From a bacterium (GTDB lineage Bacteria > Pseudomonadota > Alphaproteobacteria > Caulobacterales > Hyphomonadaceae): 64,000 nt of DNA. The notes beneath the pieces are model-generated. The model saw only the letters and a program-made list of their open reading frames with translations. It searched no databases and was not told where the DNA came from. Position numbers and translations under genes: made by a program. Each line of letters begins with the position of its first letter. Within the stretch, counting starts at the first letter, position 1. This document shows, in pieces, positions 8,273 through 18,330 of this stretch. The DNA is taken from assembly GCA_016125045.1 (NCBI GenBank), contig WGML01000009.1, positions 117,206 through 181,205 on the forward strand, written 5' to 3'.

Positions 8273-9967
8273 ATGGACGGATCGATGGCGGCTGGCCCGG
8301 TGCTCTCTGATCTGCGCGGCCTGATGCGCGAAGGCGCGACGGCGGCGGAGACCTATTTCCTCGCGGTCCGCAAGGCCGTCGCCGGCAAGGTCGCGCCCGC
8401 CGGCAAGGTCGACCGCACGCTCATCGACGTCGAACAACGCGCCACCCACGGCCTCGCCTGGGTGCTGACCTATGTCGAAACGCTGAAAGAGGTCGCCAAC
8501 TGGGCGGACCGTCTCGCCGCAGCCGGCAAGTGGGGCGAAACGGAACAGCTGCTCTCCCAGATCCTCTTCGGCGAATACCTGAACCAGCTCGCCGGCGGCC
8601 TGCCGATGACCCAGGTCGAGATCGTGCGCCCGCTCGACATGACGGCGGAAGCATCGATCACCGCGCCGTTGCTCGCGCCCGCCGTGACGACCCTCATGAC
8701 TGGCGGAAACACCCCCGCGGCCCGGCTGCGGGCGGCGGAACTGATCCGCGAAGCGCAGGGCCGGGCGACGGTCGAGAACACCGGGCTCGACGAAACCTAT
8801 GAAATGATCCGCGACCAGTTCCGCCGCTTCGGCGAGGAGCGCGTCGTTCCTTACGCTCATGACTGGCATCTGAAGGATGAACTCATCCCCGACGCCGTCG
8901 TCAACGAAATGGGCGAGATGGGTGTCTTCGGCCTCACCATCCCTGAAGCCTATGGCGGGCTCGGCATGGGCAAGACCGCGATGTGCGTCGTCTCGGAGGA
9001 GCTGTCGCGCGCCTATATCGGCGTCGGCTCGCTCGGCACGCGCTCCGAGATCGCCGCCGAACTCGTCCTCGTCGGCGGAACCGAGGCGCAGAAGCAGGCA
9101 TGGCTGCCCGGCATCGCTTCCGGAGCCATCCTGCCCACCGCCGTTTTCACCGAACCCAACACCGGATCGGACCTCGGTTCGCTCCGCACCCGCGCCGAGC
9201 GCGCGCCGGACGGCGGCTGGACCATCACCGGGAACAAGACCTGGATCACCCACGCGGCCCGCACCGACATGATGACCGTGCTCGCCCGCTCGGTCGCCGG
9301 CACCGACAATTTCTCCGGCCTGTCGATGTTCCTGTGCAGGAAACCGCGTGGGACGGATGAGGCTCCCTTCCCCGCCGAGGGAATGACCGGCGGCGAGATC
9401 GAGGTGCTCGGCTATCGCGGCATGAAGGAATACGAGATTGCCTTCGACGGCTTCCGCGCGCCGGCCGACGCCCTGCTCGGCGAGGTCGAGGGACAGGGCT
9501 TCCGCCACCTGATGGCGACGTTCGAGGGCGCCCGCATCCAGACCGCCGCACGCGCCATCGGGGTCGCGCAGAACGCGCTTGAACTCGGGCTCAAATATGC
9601 GCTGGAGCGCAGCCAGTTCGGCCGCCCGATCTTTGAATTCCCGCGCGTGTCCGACAAGCTCGTGATGATGGCCGCCGAACTCATCGGCGTGCGCCAGCTC
9701 ACCTATTACTCCGCGCGCCAGAAGGATGAGGGCAAGCGCTGCGATCTTGAGGCCGGCCTCGCCAAGATGCTCGCGGCGCGCGTCGCCTGGGGCGCGGCGG
9801 ACAATGCGCTGCAGATCCACGGCGGCAATGGCTTCGCGCTCGAATATCCGATCAGCCGGGTGCTGTGCGATGCGCGCATCCTCAACATCTTCGAGGGCGC
9901 GGGCGAGGTGCAGGCCATGGTCATCGCCCGCCGCACGCTGGACGAATTCCTCGCCGGGAAGAACTGA
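8273..9967 (+). CDS. mcd: (2S)-methylsuccinyl-CoA dehydrogenase (acyl-CoA dehydrogenase of the ethylmalonyl-CoA pathway)
   Basis: ACAD core (TAVFTEPNTGSDL, QIHGGNG, ILNIFEG) plus the ~170-aa N-terminal extension with HGLAW..TYVE typical of Mcd. Confidence 0.82.
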   Translation: MDGSMAAGPVLSDLRGLMREGATAAETYFLAVRKAVAGKVAPAGKVDRTLIDVEQRATHGLAWVLTYVETLKEVANWADRLAAAGKWGETEQLLSQILFGEYLNQLAGGLPMTQVEIVRPLDMTAEASITAPLLAPAVTTLMTGGNTPAARLRAAELIREAQGRATVENTGLDETYEMIRDQFRRFGEERVVPYAHDWHLKDELIPDAVVNEMGEMGVFGLTIPEAYGGLGMGKTAMCVVSEELSRAYIGVGSLGTRSEIAAELVLVGGTEAQKQAWLPGIASGAILPTAVFTEPNTGSDLGSLRTRAERAPDGGWTITGNKTWITHAARTDMMTVLARSVAGTDNFSGLSMFLCRKPRGTDEAPFPAEGMTGGEIEVLGYRGMKEYEIAFDGFRAPADALLGEVEGQGFRHLMATFEGARIQTAARAIGVAQNALELGLKYALERSQFGRPIFEFPRVSDKLVMMAAELIGVRQLTYYSARQKDEGKRCDLEAGLAKMLAARVAWGAADNALQIHGGNGFALEYPISRVLCDARILNIFEGAGEVQAMVIARRTLDEFLAGKN

Positions 9968-10056
9968 CGTTCGGTTGTTCCTCACGGGAAACCGTCTAGG
10001 TTTCCCCTTCGCGCCTCCAAACCGGAAAGGGGCGTTAATGCGGGGAGCAGCGAGCG

Positions 10057-10695
10057 ATGGCCTATCCGCCAGACTGGCGCCGAGTTTCGGACCCGTCCGC
10101 CGCGACGGAGCTGATGCGCCACCACCCCTTCGCTCACCTCGCGACGGCGCATTCGGGACTGCGGAGCACGCGGATTCCCTTCATCGCCGATGTTGAGGAT
10201 GGCAAGCCGGTGCGCCTCCGCGCGCATCTCAACGCACAGAACCCGCAGGTCGATGGCCTTGATGGACAGGACGCCCTCGTCACGTTCGCCGGGCGCGCCA
10301 CCTATGTCTCACCGAACTGGCGCACCGATCTCGCGCGCGCGGCCACCTATGACTACGAGGAGGTGCAGGTGCGCGGCGTCATTCGCGTGGTTCGCGACAT
10401 CGACTTCTTTCGTCAGCTCATCGACGATCTCTCGGCGATGATCGAGCCGCAATACGCCGACGTGGGGGACTATCCGGTTTGGAACACTTCGATGACGCCG
10501 CCGGGATATGTCGAACGCCTGTTTCCCGCCATCACTGCTTTTGAGGTGGTGATCCAGTCGGTCGAGATGATCTCCAAACTCCACCAGCACTTCCCGGAAG
10601 CCGACCGGCGGAGCATCGCAGACCACCTCGCACGGTCGGGTCGGGAGGACGCCCGCGCCATCGCCGACAAGATTCGCCGCCAGATCGGCGACTGA
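10057..10695 (+). CDS. PaiB-family FMN-binding protein
   Basis: HPFA.L, RAHL...NPQ, YVSPNW, T.DY..V.V.G and KL.Q motifs. Confidence 0.8.
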   Translation: MAYPPDWRRVSDPSAATELMRHHPFAHLATAHSGLRSTRIPFIADVEDGKPVRLRAHLNAQNPQVDGLDGQDALVTFAGRATYVSPNWRTDLARAATYDYEEVQVRGVIRVVRDIDFFRQLIDDLSAMIEPQYADVGDYPVWNTSMTPPGYVERLFPAITAFEVVIQSVEMISKLHQHFPEADRRSIADHLARSGREDARAIADKIRRQIGD

Positions 10696-10796
10696 TCGCT
10701 CTGGCGTTCCGGCGCGGGGCGCATCTATCATCGCATCGACCAAGGTCGCGGCGTCGACGCCGCGACCGCCACTGACGCCCTCAAGGAGCCCCGCCC

Positions 10797-12035
10797 ATGC
10801 CCGAAGCCTGGATCATCGACGCCTGCCGCACCCCGCGCGGCATCGGCAAGGTCGGCAAGGGATCGCTCGCCGGCATCCATCCGCAACAGCTCGCGGCGAC
10901 CGTGCTGAAGGCCATCGCCGACCGCAACGAACTGAAGACCGCGGAGGTCGACGACATCATCTGGGGCACCTCCACCCAGAAGGGCAAGCAGGGCGCGGAC
11001 CTCGGACGCATGGCCGCGCTCGACGCCGGCTATGACGTGCGCGCCAGCGGCGTGACGCTCGACCGGTTCTGCGGCTCCGGCATCACCACCGTGAACATGG
11101 CCGCAGCGCAGATCATGTCCGGCATGGAGGATCTCGTGATCGCCGGCGGCACCGAGATGATGAGCTACACCGCCTCCATCGCGAGCCCGACCGAGCCGCC
11201 GATGATCGACGCCGGCAATCTGCGTCTGCGCGCCCGCCACCCGCAATCGCACCAGGGCGTGTGCGCGGACGCCATCGCGACGCTGGAGGGCATTTCCCGG
11301 GAGGCGGCGGACGATCTCGCCCTCGTCAGCCAGCAGCGCGCAGACGCGGCGATCCGCGGCGGCCATTTCGACCGCAGCCTCGTTGCGGTCCACCACGAGG
11401 ACGGATCGGTGGCGCTCGACCGCGAGGAATTCCCGCGTCCGCAGACCACGCGCGAAGGCCTCGCGGGCCTCAAGGCGTCGTTCGCGCAGATGGCGGACAT
11501 TCCGCTCGATGAGAAGGGCACGACCTATGGCGGCCTCATCCGTCAGGTCTACCCGGAGCTTGAGATCAACCACATCCACCATGCGGGGAACTCCTCCGGT
11601 GTGGTTGACGGGGCGGCGGCCGTCCTGCTCGCCTCGCCGGACTATGCGCGCAAGAACGGGCTGAAGCCGCGGGCGCGCATCGTCGCGACGGCCAATGTCG
11701 GCGACAGCCCGACGCTGATGCTGAATGCACCCGTGCCCGCCGCCCGCAAGGTGCTGGAAAAGGCCGGCCTCACCCTCGACGACATCGACCTGTTCGAGAT
11801 CAACGAGGCGTTCGCCGTGGTCGCCGAGAAGTTCATCCGCGACCTGAAACTCGACCGCGACAAGGTGAATGTGAACGGCGGAGCGATGGCGCTCGGCCAC
11901 CCGATCGGGGCGACGGGCTCGATCCTCATCGGCACGATCCTCGACGAGCTTGAGCGGCGCGACCTGAAGCGCGGCCTCGTCACGATGTGCGCGGCCGGCG
12001 GCATGGCCCCCGCGATCATTATCGAACGGGTGTGA
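10797..12035 (+). CDS. Acetyl-CoA C-acyltransferase (thiolase)
   Basis: RFCGSG, NEAF, GHPIGATG and TMCAAGGM catalytic motifs. Confidence 0.95.
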   Translation: MPEAWIIDACRTPRGIGKVGKGSLAGIHPQQLAATVLKAIADRNELKTAEVDDIIWGTSTQKGKQGADLGRMAALDAGYDVRASGVTLDRFCGSGITTVNMAAAQIMSGMEDLVIAGGTEMMSYTASIASPTEPPMIDAGNLRLRARHPQSHQGVCADAIATLEGISREAADDLALVSQQRADAAIRGGHFDRSLVAVHHEDGSVALDREEFPRPQTTREGLAGLKASFAQMADIPLDEKGTTYGGLIRQVYPELEINHIHHAGNSSGVVDGAAAVLLASPDYARKNGLKPRARIVATANVGDSPTLMLNAPVPAARKVLEKAGLTLDDIDLFEINEAFAVVAEKFIRDLKLDRDKVNVNGGAMALGHPIGATGSILIGTILDELERRDLKRGLVTMCAAGGMAPAIIIERV

Positions 12036-12059
12036 GGGAACGAAGGGGCCCCGCGCCAG

Positions 12060-13118
12060 TTACTTCGCCGCGGCGGCTTTCGCCTCCTGGACGCGGGCGC
12101 CGCCGAGAATGCCCGGCATAGCGTAATTGCCCTCATGGCAGGCGTATTCATAAACCGGGCCCTCGGTCTTGTAGAAGCTGAGCTCGGCCTTCCACGGCTT
12201 GGAATAGTAATTCGGGTCCTCCACCTCGAACTGGTAGAAGATTTCATCCGCGCTGATGCGGGTGAAGCGCTCTTTCATCTTGCCCTCCGGCGAGAGCGGG
12301 ATCGACGAGGCGCTCGCCTGCTCGGGACGGACATTCTTGGTCTGGACGACGAGCGTGTCGCCCTCCCACCAGCCGACGCTGTCGCCAAGCCAGCGCGCCA
12401 TGACGCCCGGACGGTGTTTCTGCGTCGCCTCCGCCTCGCTCTTGAACAGCGGAACCACGCGCGCGTCGTGGTTCATCTCAACCAGCACCATGAGGTGATC
12501 GGGCGTCAGCACGAACTGGTAGGTGTTGTTGTACAGCACGCTCAGCATGCCCGGCCCGCCGGTGTTGCCGAAGCCGATCAGGCAGCGCTCCGGCAGGGGC
12601 GGCGCCTCCGGGCCTTCATTGCCGCCGACGCCGGTGACGTAGCGGATGCCGCCCGCCGTGCGGGCGCGCTGAACGGCGGCCGGGTCGCGCCATGGGATCG
12701 CGCCGCTCGGCGGATCGACGATGTAGGAGGTGCGGATCTCGCCCTTCACCTTGGCGAGCTGCTGGCCGGGATCGACCCAGAACGCGTCGTAGCCCTTGAG
12801 GCCGAAATCCTGGCTGCCCTTCGGCGGAGCCGGCGCATTCGGATCGGAGAAGGTGGGGTCGCCGGCGTCTTCCCGGCTGACGCCGGCGATCGACATGTTC
12901 TCCGCGATCTTCTGCGCCTCCTCGGGCGTGACGACCAGCTTGTCCACACCAGCCGGGCGGCTGAGGCCGGTGAGCGATCGGTTGGTCCAGATTCCGTTGA
13001 GATCGGGCTTGCCGGACGGCGTCACCGGCAGGTCCTCGGCGAACGCTGCGGGCGAAACGGCCAGCATCAGGGCGGCGACGGCCGAGCTGACCATGGGTGC
13101 GAAGCGATGCGCGGACAT
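12060..13118 (-). CDS. Secreted conserved hypothetical protein (EYACHEGNY family, copy 2)
   Basis: AAAGGAG RBS, signal peptide, same motifs as copy 1. Confidence 0.9.
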   Translation of the reverse strand: MSAHRFAPMVSSAVAALMLAVSPAAFAEDLPVTPSGKPDLNGIWTNRSLTGLSRPAGVDKLVVTPEEAQKIAENMSIAGVSREDAGDPTFSDPNAPAPPKGSQDFGLKGYDAFWVDPGQQLAKVKGEIRTSYIVDPPSGAIPWRDPAAVQRARTAGGIRYVTGVGGNEGPEAPPLPERCLIGFGNTGGPGMLSVLYNNTYQFVLTPDHLMVLVEMNHDARVVPLFKSEAEATQKHRPGVMARWLGDSVGWWEGDTLVVQTKNVRPEQASASSIPLSPEGKMKERFTRISADEIFYQFEVEDPNYYSKPWKAELSFYKTEGPVYEYACHEGNYAMPGILGGARVQEAKAAAAK

Positions 13119-13290
13119 TCTGGCTCTCCTTTCAGGTGCGGATATCGGTTTCGGGCGAATTCCCTGCATGACGCAACAAGGTCCACGACGCGGCGCGCCA
13201 TGGCAACACAAGGTGGTTCAAAACCGCGTGGGCGGAGGGGCCAGACCCTCGCCCCGGACCCTCGCCCCAGACCCTCACCCCGGCGATCGA

Positions 13291-14385
13291 CTAGCGCGCG
13301 CGCCCGGCATTCGCCGCCGCGGCTTCCTGAATCCGCGCGCCGCCCAGAATCCCCGGCATGGCGTAGTTGCCCTCATGGCAGGCGTATTCAAAGACATCCT
13401 CATCGGAGTCGTAGAAGCTGAGTTCGGCGGTCCACGGCCGGGTGTAGATAGTCGGATCCTCCACCGTGAAGGTGTAGAAGATCTCATGGTCGGAATAGCG
13501 GGTCAGCCGTTCCGTCACCTTGCCGCGCGGCGACAGCGGGATCGCACTCGCCCGCGCCTGCTCGGGGCGGACATTGATCGTCTCGATCACCAGCGTCGAT
13601 CCCTCATACCAGCCGACGGAATCACCAAGCCATGGCGTCATCACGTCCGGGCGGTGGTTGCGTCGCGCCTCCTCGGCCGAGGCGAAGGTCGGGATGATGC
13701 GCGCGTCGTGCACCATCTCGACGAGGATCATCACATGATCCGGTGCCTGAACGATGCGATGGGTGTTGTTGTAGAGCGTCGACAACATGCCGGGTCCGCC
13801 CGTATTCCCAAAACCGATGAGACACCGCTCGGCGAGACCGGTGGCCTCCGGGCCTTCATTCCCGCCGATCCCCGTCGCATACCGCGTCGCGCCGATCTGA
13901 CGCTGCCGCGCGATGCCCGCCGGATCGACGAACGGCACCTGCCCGTTCGGCGGATCGACGATGTAGGACGACCTGATCTCGCCCTTCACGAGCGCAAGTC
14001 GTTCACCCGGCGCGACCCAGAACTGGTCATAGGCCTTCACCCCGAAATCCGCGGCGCCGGCCTCCGGCGCCGGCGCGTCGGGATCGGAAATCGGCGGCGC
14101 GGGCCCGCCCTCGGCCGCGAACGCGCCGGCAATGGTCATCCGGCTGACGATGGCCTGCGCCTCGGCCTCGTCGACCACAAGTTTGGAGACGCCCGGCGGG
14201 CGGGTGAGGCCGGTGAGCGATGCGTTCGTCCACACCCCATTGAGATCGGTCGGAACGCCCGCCGAAGCATTCGTCCCGGACGCCGCCTCCGGCGCCCCTT
14301 GCGCCATGCAGGCCCCGGCCCCGAACACCATCAACGCCGCCACGGCCGCCACACCGCCCAATCCAGGCCGCCCGCCAAACCTCAT
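13291..14385 (-). CDS. Secreted conserved hypothetical protein (EYACHEGNY family, copy 3)
   Basis: GGAGG RBS, signal peptide, same motifs, closest to copy 2 (GGNEGPEA, FGVKAY/FGLKGY). Confidence 0.9.
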   Translation of the reverse strand: MRFGGRPGLGGVAAVAALMVFGAGACMAQGAPEAASGTNASAGVPTDLNGVWTNASLTGLTRPPGVSKLVVDEAEAQAIVSRMTIAGAFAAEGGPAPPISDPDAPAPEAGAADFGVKAYDQFWVAPGERLALVKGEIRSSYIVDPPNGQVPFVDPAGIARQRQIGATRYATGIGGNEGPEATGLAERCLIGFGNTGGPGMLSTLYNNTHRIVQAPDHVMILVEMVHDARIIPTFASAEEARRNHRPDVMTPWLGDSVGWYEGSTLVIETINVRPEQARASAIPLSPRGKVTERLTRYSDHEIFYTFTVEDPTIYTRPWTAELSFYDSDEDVFEYACHEGNYAMPGILGGARIQEAAAANAGRAR

Positions 14386-14641
14386 GGTTCCGCCCTCCAG
14401 TCGCCAAGCCCGCTTCCGGGTCTGCGTGGAGACTAGCGCGACAGGCCGCCGCAGCAAGTGCAATCCATCTCCGGCGAGCGACGGTATTGCGGTCGTCCGC
14501 CCGTTAGTTCCCGTGATTGTGTTCGGCGACTTCGCCCGGATGGTTGGATTCACCCGCCGAAGCGATTGCCTGACGCATGCGTAAATGGTTTCAATCGAAT
14601 CTGCGGCCGCAATCTGACGGTCGCCCAAAACGGAGGCAGAT

Positions 14642-15706
14642 TTGCGTCGTTCCCTCATGCTCGCCCTCGGTGCGGCTCTTGTCGCCGCTCCGGTCCTGAC
14701 ATCAGGCCAGACGGCCGCTTTCGGCCAGTCCGCCGAAGCCTACAAGGCGCCCCGCACGTCGTTCGGCCAGCCCGACATCATGGGCTACTGGACCAACAAC
14801 ACCCTCACCCCGCTCACCCGCCGCGCCAATGTGCGCGACCGGCTCGCCTACACCGAGGAGGAGGTGAAGAAGCTCGAAGGGGACGTTCTCATCGAGGTCG
14901 AGGAGGGCAACGCCCCGACCGACCCGGACGCCCCGGCTGACTTCCGCCAGGAGTCGACCGTCGTTCGCCCCGAATTCCAGGCGGCGGGCGGCGAAGTCGG
15001 CGGCTACAACCGGTTCTGGCTCGACCCCGGCAACCGCGTCATGCGCGTGAATGGCGAACCGCGGACCTCCCTGCTCACCACCGCCAATGGCCAGTTCCCG
15101 CAGCGCAAGCCCGACGCGACGCCGCCGCCCCGTTCGCCCCGTCCCGCGGGCGGACCGCTCGGCTCGTTCGACAGCTACGAGACCCGCTCGCTGGGTGAAC
15201 GCTGCGTCATCGGCTTCGGCCGGAATGGCGGCCCGCCGATGTTCCCGAACGGGTTCTACAACAACAACTACCACATCGTTCAGTCGCCCGACGCCGTGAT
15301 GATCGAAGTCGAGATGAACCACGACGCCCGGATCATCCGGCTCAACGCGCAGCACCGTCCCGGCGATGTGCGCCCCTATTTCGGCGACTCGATCGGCCGC
15401 TGGGAGGGCGAAACCCTCGTCATCGAGACGATCAACCTGCCGGAGTCGCAGCAGATCGCGGGCTCCTGGAAGGACCTCAAGGTCACCGAGCGGCTGACCC
15501 GCGTCGGCGAGAACCGTCTGCACTACGCTTTCACGATCGAGGACCCGACCCTCTGGGCCGAGCCCTTCGGCGGGGAGTATGAATTCTCGCCGCTGGACGG
15601 GCAGATCTATGAGTACGCCTGCCATGAGGGCAACTACGCCCTGCCAGGCATCCTGATCGGCGCGCGGGTCGAGGAAGGCGCCAAGCCGACCGGTTCGTCG
15701 CACTGA
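14642..15706 (+). CDS. Secreted conserved hypothetical protein (EYACHEGNY family, copy 4)
   Basis: GGAGG RBS with TTG start, signal peptide, PDIMGYWTN, ERCVIGFG, EMNHDAR, YEYACHEGNY. Confidence 0.9.
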   Translation: MRRSLMLALGAALVAAPVLTSGQTAAFGQSAEAYKAPRTSFGQPDIMGYWTNNTLTPLTRRANVRDRLAYTEEEVKKLEGDVLIEVEEGNAPTDPDAPADFRQESTVVRPEFQAAGGEVGGYNRFWLDPGNRVMRVNGEPRTSLLTTANGQFPQRKPDATPPPRSPRPAGGPLGSFDSYETRSLGERCVIGFGRNGGPPMFPNGFYNNNYHIVQSPDAVMIEVEMNHDARIIRLNAQHRPGDVRPYFGDSIGRWEGETLVIETINLPESQQIAGSWKDLKVTERLTRVGENRLHYAFTIEDPTLWAEPFGGEYEFSPLDGQIYEYACHEGNYALPGILIGARVEEGAKPTGSSH

Positions 15707-15743
15707 TCGGTCGACCCTCGACGCATTCGCGTCCCTTGCTTCA

Positions 15744-15780
15744 AGCGCCGCTCTCCTACGGGAGGGCGGCGCTCCTGTTT
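15744..15780 (+). terminator. Probable intrinsic terminator
   Basis: 13-bp stem agcgccgctctcc / ggagggcggcgct with a C(UACG)G loop, followed by cctgttt. Confidence 0.6.
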
Positions 15781-15915
15781 GAGGCCCCGCCCGCGCGATT
15801 GCGGGCGGCCTCGCGGCGAGTTCATCGAAACCCGGTCGCATGGCGCTGTTCGTAGTCGTCAGGTCTGATACACTCCCAAGCAGTGGACTTCGAACCATTC
15901 CAGAGGAACCCCGAC

Positions 15916-16191
15916 ATGAAGGGACTTGCACTGATCGCTCTCGCTGTCGCGGCGTCCGCGTGTGCGTCTCCGGCGACCGTGACAAAAACCAGGACGACGC
16001 TCGGCGAAGTAGACCTCACCGGCCTCGAATGCCGGCGCGAAACCGACGCCGGCAGCATCCGCGCCCGCACGATCTGCGCCGCTCCGGCGGACTGGGCGGC
16101 TTTTGAAGCCAGGTCGATCGAACGCACGCAGCGCCAGCTCGACGAAGCGGATCGCTACACCAACGTCTTCCAGTTCGGCCGCGGCCCCTGA
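15916..16191 (+). CDS. Small lipoprotein with C-x6-GS-x6-C-x5-W motif
   Basis: Lipobox ASAC, AGAGG RBS, paralogue of 2878-3135. Confidence 0.75.
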   Translation: MKGLALIALAVAASACASPATVTKTRTTLGEVDLTGLECRRETDAGSIRARTICAAPADWAAFEARSIERTQRQLDEADRYTNVFQFGRGP

Positions 16192-16297
16192 TCCGGAGCA
16201 TTTGGGTCGGCGGTCAACTCCCCCCTTGCCGACCCGCGTCGCTTGCGCGCAAGCTGACAGCATGGCCGCCGACAAAAGCGGCAAGGGGAGGTTCGTC

Positions 16298-17182
16298 ATG
16301 ACCAGAAACAGAGATCATCGGCGCGGCGCGATCACGCGAACACTTCTGCTCTCAGGCGTCGCGGCGGTGCTGGCCGCCGCATGCGCAGCTTCGCCCGACC
16401 CGGACGTGGGGGCCGCCGCGCCACCCGCTCCGGCCGCCGTCGTCGCCGCGACCGCGCCTCCCGTCGCGGTGAGGCCGCCGACCGTGTCGCCTATTTCCGC
16501 CGCGGCGTATGAGACGCTGCTCGCGCACCCATCAAGGCCCGCAGCCGACCGCGCCGACGATCCCGCGCGCAAGCCCGCCGACGTGCTGGCCTTCGCCTCC
16601 ATCAGGCCGGGCGACACAGTGCTTGAGATGGAGGCCGGCCGGGGCTGGTATTCGGAAATCCTGTCGCGCGCGCTCGGCCCCGAGGGCAAGCTCATCGTCC
16701 AGTATCCGCCGGAATTCGCCTATGGCGGCCCGGCGTTCAAGGAGCGCACCGACGCCGGCGGCCTCAAGAATGCGCGCATCACCATCACGCATTTCGACAA
16801 GCTCGACGCGCCGGACGCATCGGTCGACCGGGTGTTGTGGATTCTGGGGCCGCACGAAATCTACTACACACCCAAGGACTCGGCTGGTCTCGGAACCGAG
16901 GCGGGAACCTACGCCGAGATCATGCGCGTTCTCAAACCGGGCGGGCAGTTCATCGCGATGGATCATGCCGCCAACGCCGGCGCCCCGTCGAGCACCGGCC
17001 AGACGATCCACCGCGTGGATCCCGCCATTGTCATCGCGGCGGCGGAACGCGCAGGACTGAAACTCACCGGCAAGAGCGACGTCCTCGCCAATCCGGACGA
17101 CGACCGGACGCTCATGGTGTTCAACCCCACCGTGCGCCGGCACACCGACCAGTTCCTGCTGCGCTTCATGAAACCCGCGTAA
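16298..17182 (+). CDS. Class I SAM-dependent methyltransferase-fold lipoprotein
   Basis: Lipobox AAAC; D..RKP, LEMEAGRGWY, LKPGG, DH, HR.DP, NP.DD and TDQF motifs. Confidence 0.85.
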   Translation: MTRNRDHRRGAITRTLLLSGVAAVLAAACAASPDPDVGAAAPPAPAAVVAATAPPVAVRPPTVSPISAAAYETLLAHPSRPAADRADDPARKPADVLAFASIRPGDTVLEMEAGRGWYSEILSRALGPEGKLIVQYPPEFAYGGPAFKERTDAGGLKNARITITHFDKLDAPDASVDRVLWILGPHEIYYTPKDSAGLGTEAGTYAEIMRVLKPGGQFIAMDHAANAGAPSSTGQTIHRVDPAIVIAAAERAGLKLTGKSDVLANPDDDRTLMVFNPTVRRHTDQFLLRFMKPA

Positions 17183-17267
17183 CGAAGCACACCAAACTCG
17201 GCCCCGGCCTTTCGCTTCACGGCCTCGTGCGTTAACCATGGCGGTCAAAAGCTCTGGAGGGGCCGAC

Positions 17268-18092
17268 ATGACCATGACCAGCCTACGCGTCGTCTTGTTC
17301 GCGGGAGTATCCGCGTTCGCCGCAGCCGCCTGCCAGCCGGCCGCCGAAGCGCCGGCGCCAGCCGTTGAAACCGCGGCCGCCCCCGCGCCGGCCCCGGCGC
17401 CATTCGATTACGCCGCCCTCCTCTCCGCGCCGACCCGCCCGGCCGCCGACGCTGCGGACGACGCCGCGCGCAAGCCCGCCGAATTGCTCGCCTTCGCAGG
17501 GGTTCAGCCGGGCCACACCGTCGTCGAGATCGAGGCAGGAGCGGGTTATTTCACCGAACTCCTGTCCGGCGTCGTCGGGCCGACGGGCAAGGTGATCATG
17601 CAGAACCCGCCGGAGTTCGACGCTTTCGCCGGAGAAGCCGTCGCCGCCCGGCTCGCCGACAACCGGCTTGGCAATGTCGTCCTGTCGAAGACGCATTTCG
17701 ACGTCATCGAGGCGCCGGACGCCTCCGTCGATGTGGTGACCTGGATGCTCGGGCCGCACGAGCTGTTCTTCAAGCCGGAGGGCGTTGAGTCGCTCGGTGA
17801 TCCGACACGGTCGTATGCGGAGATCTTCCGGGTGCTGAAGCCGGGCGGGAGTTTCGTCGTGCTCGACCATGCCGCGGCCGCCGGCGCGCCGCCGGAGACC
17901 GGCAACACGCTGCACCGGATCGACCCCGCGCTCGTCGAGCAGGCGGCGGCCGCGGCCGGGTTCACGACCGCCGAGTCGAGCCCGCTGCTCGCCAACCCGG
18001 CCGATGACCACACCCTCGGCGTGTTCGATCCCGCCATCCGGCGCAAGACCGACCAGTTCCTGATCAAGTTCGTGAAACCGGCGGCCGCCTGA
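17268..18092 (+). CDS. Class I SAM-dependent methyltransferase-fold lipoprotein (tandem paralogue)
   Basis: GGAGG RBS, lipobox AAAC, VEIEAGAGYF, same downstream motifs as the preceding gene. Confidence 0.85.
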   Translation: MTMTSLRVVLFAGVSAFAAAACQPAAEAPAPAVETAAAPAPAPAPFDYAALLSAPTRPAADAADDAARKPAELLAFAGVQPGHTVVEIEAGAGYFTELLSGVVGPTGKVIMQNPPEFDAFAGEAVAARLADNRLGNVVLSKTHFDVIEAPDASVDVVTWMLGPHELFFKPEGVESLGDPTRSYAEIFRVLKPGGSFVVLDHAAAAGAPPETGNTLHRIDPALVEQAAAAAGFTTAESSPLLANPADDHTLGVFDPAIRRKTDQFLIKFVKPAAA

Positions 18093-18124
18093 TCGTCAGA
18101 CCGACCGAGGCCCCGCGACCGCTC

Positions 18125-18155
18125 CGCCCGCCCTGTTCGACAGGGCGGGCGTTTT
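18125..18155 (+). terminator. Intrinsic terminator
   Basis: cgcccgccctg-ttcga-cagggcgggcg followed by tttt. Confidence 0.75.
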
Positions 18156-18196
18156 GCGTCTGACTGCGCGTTTGCTGATGCGATCTTGGCGGGCAT

Positions 18197-18210
18197 TTGA
18201 CCTGGATCAT
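18197..18210. promoter_or_regulatory. Possible FNR/FixK-type box
   Basis: TTGAC-ctgg-ATCAT versus consensus TTGAT-N4-ATCAA (2 mismatches), upstream of the Hsp20 gene. Confidence 0.4.
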
Positions 18211-18330
18211 CGCGGCGGCGGGTGTCGGGCGCGATGATGCAGCGACGCTGACTTGCGGGCCTCCGCGCTTCAGGAATTGGGCCGGATGCGGGTCGCAGGC
18301 GGCGCCGGAACCAGCATCATGGAGCTAGTC

